Made by a program: the position numbers and the translations under genes. Shown here one piece after another: positions 59,839 through 64,000 of a DNA stretch of 64,000 nucleotides. Position 1 is the first letter of the stretch. Every line of letters starts with the position of its first letter. The stretch spans positions 64,001-128,000 of the IMG/VR virus record IMGVR_UViG_3300020048_000027, one strand, 5' to 3'. The stretch comes from a virus. The notes below the pieces were generated by a model that saw only the letters and a program-made list of their open reading frames with translations, made no database searches and was not told the DNA's origin.

Positions 59839-59911
59839 AGCTTTCTATCGGGGTCGAACCGATGACCTTCTGTTTACAAAACAGGTGCTCTACCAATTGA
59901 GCTAAGAAAGC
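59839..59911 (-). tRNA. tRNA-Thr(TGT)
   Basis: CCTGT-TTTGTAA-ACAGA. Confidence 0.9.
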
Positions 59912-59973
59912 GTTTACTTGTCTTTCCAAGTTGTCATTTAGTTTTTCTGTACTGGGGACTAAAACCCCTATAG

Positions 59974-60046
59974 AGCGGCTACTCGGATTCGAACCGAGGA
60001 CATTCACCTTGGAAGGGTGACGTTCTACTCACTGAACTACAACCGC
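59974..60046 (-). tRNA. tRNA-Gly(TCC)
   Basis: TCACC-CTTCCAA-GGTGA. Confidence 0.9.
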
Positions 60047-60136
60047 AAATTAAAAATAGTTATATTAACCAAGTGACCAATTAATATAAGGGTAATGTTG
60101 TCACTTCCTACGGCAGTTACCCACTTCTATTTTTAG

Positions 60137-60218
60137 TACCCTCTGAGAGACTCGAACTCTCACACCTTTCGATACTAGAACCTAAATCTAGCGCGTCTAC
60201 CAATTCCGCCAAGAGGGT
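60137..60218 (-). tRNA. tRNA-Leu(TAG)
   Basis: Long variable arm. Confidence 0.9.
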
Positions 60219-60227
60219 ATTTATTTG

Positions 60228-60298
60228 CTTTATATAAAAGACTCGAACTTTTACTTCCTGGCTTTCGCCAGGCGTGCTGACCCATACACTCATATAAA
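60228..60298 (-). ncRNA. tRNA-like RNA with a GAAA tetraloop in place of the anticodon loop
   Basis: CCTGGC-GAAA-GCCAGG; acceptor TTTATAT/ATATAAA; T loop TTCGAGT. Confidence 0.75.
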
Positions 60299-60398
60299 CA
60301 ACCAAATAATTAAGACTTGCAATTCTACTCTATTTGATTCGAACATAAAACTACTTTAGCCCCTTTGCAACAGGTATATTTCGTTTCGCCATTCTTAG

Positions 60399-60474
60399 TC
60401 TAGGTAGTAGGATTTGAACCTACGAGTTCTCTTGCTCCCAAAGCAAGCGGGGTACCGGGCTCCCCAATACCTAG
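60399..60474 (-). tRNA. tRNA-Pro(TGG)
   Basis: CTTGC-TTTGGGA-GCAAG. Confidence 0.9.
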
Positions 60475-60483
60475 TTATTATTG

Positions 60484-60554
60484 ATGTCCCAAAAGGGGTC
60501 GAACCTTTACTGTCTGAACCAAAATCAGGTGTGCTACCATTACACAATAGGACA
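60484..60554 (-). tRNA. tRNA-Gln(TTG)
   Basis: CCTGA-TTTTGGT-TCAGA. Confidence 0.9.
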
Positions 60555-60563
60555 AGTTAATTG

Positions 60564-60653
60564 CGGAAGATGTAGGACTTGAACCCACACACCCTTTAAA
60601 GGATTGACTGTTTTCAAAACAGCTGCCGATAGACCGACTCGGCTTAATCTTCC
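60564..60653 (-). tRNA. tRNA-Ser(TGA)
   Basis: Long variable arm. Confidence 0.85.
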
Positions 60654-60720
60654 AATTTACCTACCTTACGTCTGGTATATTGTAAGGTAGGATTTTGTTA
60701 TTTAAATTTTACTATCCAAA

Positions 60721-60790
60721 ATGTCAATGAACTCTTTTACTATACTGTTTCTATACCTAAATATAGTATCTTTTTTCTTCCTATGCAACT
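60721..60790 (-). promoter_or_regulatory. tRNA-array promoter followed by boxA-like GAGTTCATTGACAT
   Basis: Promoter copy at 60751-60790; boxA-like at 60721-60734. Confidence 0.55.
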
Positions 60791-61083
60791 CTTTTAATAA
60801 AAAACCCGAATCTTTTTTTTTGATCCGGGCTTAGTGTTATTTGATATGTGATTATATTATCAACTCATCTTAGTCCCGTCTATGTTCTTTGGTTGGTTAT
60901 CCTCAATACTAAAGCCATAATTCGCTATTGCCCATACCGATAAGATTCCCTGCGTAAGGACTTCTCTCGATGTGTTTAATACTAATTGTATGTGTTCAGT
61001 TATTTTCATTATCTTTTTATCTATATATAAATATACTGTTTTTTTATTTCCCAACCAACTTTTTTTTATAGTAATTAAAATAT

Positions 61084-61508
61084 AAAACTTATTTTTAAAA
61101 AACCAAATAGTTTACCTCTATTTTCTAATGATTAATTTACCCTTTTATTAATTCTTTTTTTGCTGATTTATTACTGTCTTGATTAGATAAAAGTATTTTC
61201 TGTTCTAATTTATCTACTCTAGAATCAATGTACCTCGTACTAGCCTCGTACATTCTATCTGCTCTATCGATCTCTTGATCGACTCTACGGTGAACTATTT
61301 CATTGTTATCTGCTATTTGTAACTGTTGTTCCATAGCTAATCTTTCAATCCTTCTAACTTTACTTAGTGTTCTAAATGCTACCGTAACCGCCCAGATAAG
61401 AGCAACTACACTAACACCTAAAACAAATGCTAATATTTCTTCCATAATTTATAAGTTTTTATTTCAAAGAACAGAGGTAAACTATTTGGTTTTTTAAAAA
61501 TAAGTTTT
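61084..61508. repeat. Perfect 36-bp inverted repeat flanking ORF 61137..61445
   Basis: AAAACTTATTTTTAAAAAACCAAATAGTTTACCTCT at 61084-61119; reverse complement at 61473-61508. Confidence 0.95.
61137..61445 (-). CDS. N-terminal TM coiled-coil protein
   Basis: Hydrophobic N-terminus. Confidence 0.7.
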   Translation of the reverse strand: MEEILAFVLGVSVVALIWAVTVAFRTLSKVRRIERLAMEQQLQIADNNEIVHRRVDQEIDRADRMYEASTRYIDSRVDKLEQKILLSNQDSNKSAKKELIKG

Positions 61509-61534
61509 TTAATTTTTATCTTTTGTTTTATCCG

Positions 61535-61921
61535 TTAAAAATTTACTGTTCTAAGAACGCTAATAATAGTAAGTTCAGGATCAAAGTCGTTACCTAGTTG
61601 TTTTGCAACTAATAAGTCAATTGATGTTCCGTTCTTTTGTTCAATCCATAATTCTTTTACAAATTTAGTTGAATTAATTTCATTTGTATCCTCATCTCTT
61701 GTGATTGTGAATACTGCTACTTGTACTTGATTTGGTGTCATGTTATTTGAATTTTGATTTGAAAAATTAATTGTTGAATTTCCTGATAATGTTAATCCTG
61801 GAACATCTGTAATAGTTGTTATTGATGTTCCTGTAAGAGGTGTGTTCAACTCAGGCTGATAATATCCAGTTGTTGTTCCCGAGTACCCGGTTACTAGGTT
61901 TGATGTGTTTGCTTCGAACAT
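61535..61921 (-). CDS. hypothetical protein
   Basis: ORF. Confidence 0.6.
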   Translation of the reverse strand: MFEANTSNLVTGYSGTTTGYYQPELNTPLTGTSITTITDVPGLTLSGNSTINFSNQNSNNMTPNQVQVAVFTITRDEDTNEINSTKFVKELWIEQKNGTSIDLLVAKQLGNDFDPELTIISVLRTVNF

Positions 61922-61925
61922 AATC

Positions 61926-62795
61926 TTATTTATTATGGTTCGTTAATAAATCTAAAACATACGTTCTAGCTGTGTGCCAGCCTACAGGACCACTTTCATC
62001 TGCATATAATACAGGGTCGGGTTTTCCCAGTTTAATAAAAGCTTCGATACGTTCAACACTTGATGCTGATTTATAGTCTGAATACCAAGTTCCTTTAGTT
62101 GAGTTTTCGGCTATCATTTTTCCATGAGAATGTATAAAGATGGGTTTATATGAAGTATTAGTTCTTGAATAAACTTCATCAAAATCTAATCCTAATTCCT
62201 TACACAATACTTCTCCATCTTTCAAGATATCAAATTTATCCCCTTCTAAATAGGGAGTAAAAAATCCAACTCTTTCAGCATCCCAATTCCCTAGTCTAAA
62301 AGCTAAGTCGTCAGCATCCCTAAATTCTTGTCTACAGTCTGGATATATATTATGATCTCCTGCATGAATTCCCATTGCAATATCACAAGTCTCTCCTGTA
62401 CGATTTGCAACTGATAAAGCTACTGCTTGAGCAATAGAAGCAAATATCTTGTTTCTATTAGGAACAACTGTTTCTTTCATATTATCAGATTCGTAATGAC
62501 CTTCAGGAACTTCTTTACCTCCTGTTACCAAAGCTGAATCTAATAGATCAACTAATCCGTCTAGTTTGATTTGACGATAAGTTACAAAATTCTGTTCCCA
62601 ACCTGTACCCCTAGTTGACATAAGATTGTTAATATAATCTACCAACGATTGAGCTCTCTCTAGCTCTACTCTGTGTTTTTGACCATAGTCAAATGAAATA
62701 GCTGTTACGCTATCATACTCTTTTAGACATCTAAGTAATAAAGTACTTGAGTCCATCCCTCCTGATAAGGATATTACAACATGTTTTTTAGGCAT
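61926..62795 (-). CDS. queC: 7-cyano-7-deazaguanine synthase
   Basis: SGGMDS, FDYGQKH..E, VVPNRN, YPDCR. Confidence 0.93.
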   Translation of the reverse strand: MPKKHVVISLSGGMDSSTLLLRCLKEYDSVTAISFDYGQKHRVELERAQSLVDYINNLMSTRGTGWEQNFVTYRQIKLDGLVDLLDSALVTGGKEVPEGHYESDNMKETVVPNRNKIFASIAQAVALSVANRTGETCDIAMGIHAGDHNIYPDCRQEFRDADDLAFRLGNWDAERVGFFTPYLEGDKFDILKDGEVLCKELGLDFDEVYSRTNTSYKPIFIHSHGKMIAENSTKGTWYSDYKSASSVERIEAFIKLGKPDPVLYADESGPVGWHTARTYVLDLLTNHNK

Positions 62796-62866
62796 AATTT
62801 ATTTATTTAAGTTTGTGCCAGGTATTTAAAACGTATAGGCTAACGTTACTATTTCTTGCAATTTTA

Positions 62867-63196
62867 CTAGTATTTAAAGTATTTATCTAGGAAAGTCCTT
62901 GTATATAACATTACTTTCCCTGTATAACTCTTATTGCTTACATCTCTACTTCCTACACTTTGATGAAGTGCTTTCGCAGTTCGGTATACTTTTCCTCCTA
63001 GTTCTTTATTTGCAGCATATCCTAAGTACTCATATAAAGATACTGTAGGTGCTTCTATGCCTTGAACATCTTTCTTTTGAATATCTTGCTCTTGTTCTTC
63101 TGTACGTACAATTTCTATTAGAAATATTACATACTCTTTAGTAAATCCTTTATTAAGAGACTCTCTTAATATCTCTAGAATTTCTTTCTTATCCAT
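62867..63196 (-). CDS. hypothetical protein
   Basis: ORF. Confidence 0.65.
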   Translation of the reverse strand: MDKKEILEILRESLNKGFTKEYVIFLIEIVRTEEQEQDIQKKDVQGIEAPTVSLYEYLGYAANKELGGKVYRTAKALHQSVGSRDVSNKSYTGKVMLYTRTFLDKYFKY

Positions 63197-63447
63197 AATG
63201 ATTTTATTTTAAATTTTACATACTACTCTACCACATCTTTGACAAACATGGATTAGATTCTTGTTAGTTGACTCTTTTATTTTAGGCTCTTTACACGAAC
63301 ACGGTAATGCCATACTGATTTTATTTTAAATTTAATATATGAAATACTTGCTCCGATTGCAACTGATGCTGCAGAAATATTTATTAAGTTAGGATGCCAG
63401 TGTTCTCCGCAAATCCCTAAGACGTGTCTTAATGCTTCCACCATTTC

Positions 63448-63753
63448 TTAAATCTCTGTTAATTTAGTTATCTTTTCTGCGATTGCTTTCCATGTATTTA
63501 CATATTCCGATATACTGGTATAATTTTTTCCTGGCTCTGTGTGTAGCAGTTCTTTTGACACTATTGTAAGTGCGTGTGTAAAATTTGAGGGATAGCCAAT
63601 TGTTTCAATGTAGGGCTTTTGTTCCTTACCCTTTATAACTCTTTTATAAACTACATAACCTCCGGATTGTGATTTTGAAATAAAGAACGGTTCTATAATC
63701 GGATCTTCTATTAAGCAGTCTCCTGCTGGTATTGATTTAGGATTTCTTAACAT
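63448..63753 (-). CDS. hypothetical protein
   Basis: ORF. Confidence 0.65.
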   Translation of the reverse strand: MLRNPKSIPAGDCLIEDPIIEPFFISKSQSGGYVVYKRVIKGKEQKPYIETIGYPSNFTHALTIVSKELLHTEPGKNYTSISEYVNTWKAIAEKITKLTEI

Positions 63754-64000
63754 TTTATAACCTTTTTTAAAATTTAGTAAATACTTTATAAGTTTATCTC
63801 AAGTCTCCTTGAGGTTTCTTATATATTTGTTTTTTTTCAACTGAAATAGCTGTAGGTCTCATTACCTTTAACCATTCAATTAATTGTGTGTAAGTTTGCA
63901 TTGATGAGTTCTTCGACATATTTATAGTATTTAATATTATACTTAAATATACGAAGAATTTTCTAAATATGCAACTTTTTTAAATGTTTATTTATCCGGT

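Noticed and set aside
56532-60305. ORFs overlapping tRNA genes (57272, 57531, 58962, 59170, 59816, 60117)
   Set aside because: Explained by the tRNA sequences.
60310-60397. Second tRNA-Cys(GCA)
   Set aside because: A TTCGAAT loop and TTGCAAA are present but the stems do not form; at best a degenerate pseudo-tRNA.
43256-62795. que genes as a tRNA queuosine pathway
   Set aside because: No queA, queG/queH or canonical zinc-binding tgt is present; linkage to polA, a formyltransferase and a DpdA-like gene fits DNA modification better.
1-64000. Most + strand ORFs in the track (e.g. 6970..7209, 18892..19332, 34438..35013, 51526..51879)
   Set aside because: They are antisense shadows of well-supported minus-strand genes, with no motifs or promoters.
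1-64000. Stop-codon reassignment
   Set aside because: Long conserved genes are intact in the standard code, TAG and TGA act as stops, and no suppressor tRNA was seen.

Overview
AT-rich segment of a large lytic tailed phage, probably infecting Bacteroidota (Flavobacterium-like). The host call rests on the TAnnTTTG-like promoter box, a Bacteroidota-type Hc1 histone-like gene and DUF4494/DUF5522-type genes. Almost everything is on the minus strand in the standard genetic code. From left to right: (1) 1-3420, an array of small early-type genes, nearly each with its own copy of a conserved 40-bp promoter; one 142-aa gene has a single C in its whole coding strand. (2) 3420-5800, a divergent promoter, a GC-rich structured element, six 19-bp tandem repeats and other repeats (origin/terminus-like). 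(3) 6240-7520, a coiled-coil gene followed by a ~300-nt structured RNA candidate. (4) 8580-12700, about 12 integron attC-like palindromes with no integrase in the window; several ORFs start inside the site loop and read through the GTT core, giving modular fusion proteins. (5) 20-32.7 kb, a sugar-nucleotide/glycosyltransferase cluster containing a tail-tube-like gene. (6) 33-43 kb, PD-(D/E)XK nuclease, membrane/lysis-like genes, groEL/groES and a family A DNA polymerase. (7) 43-63 kb, a 7-deazaguanine DNA-modification pathway (folE, queD, queE, queC, queF, DpdA-like, PurN-like formyltransferase, P-loop kinase, MazG-like). (8) 54.7-60.7 kb, 24 tRNA genes plus anticodon-less or expanded tRNA-like RNAs and larger ncRNA candidates. 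All assignments are by eye from motifs and base pairing; no database search was run.
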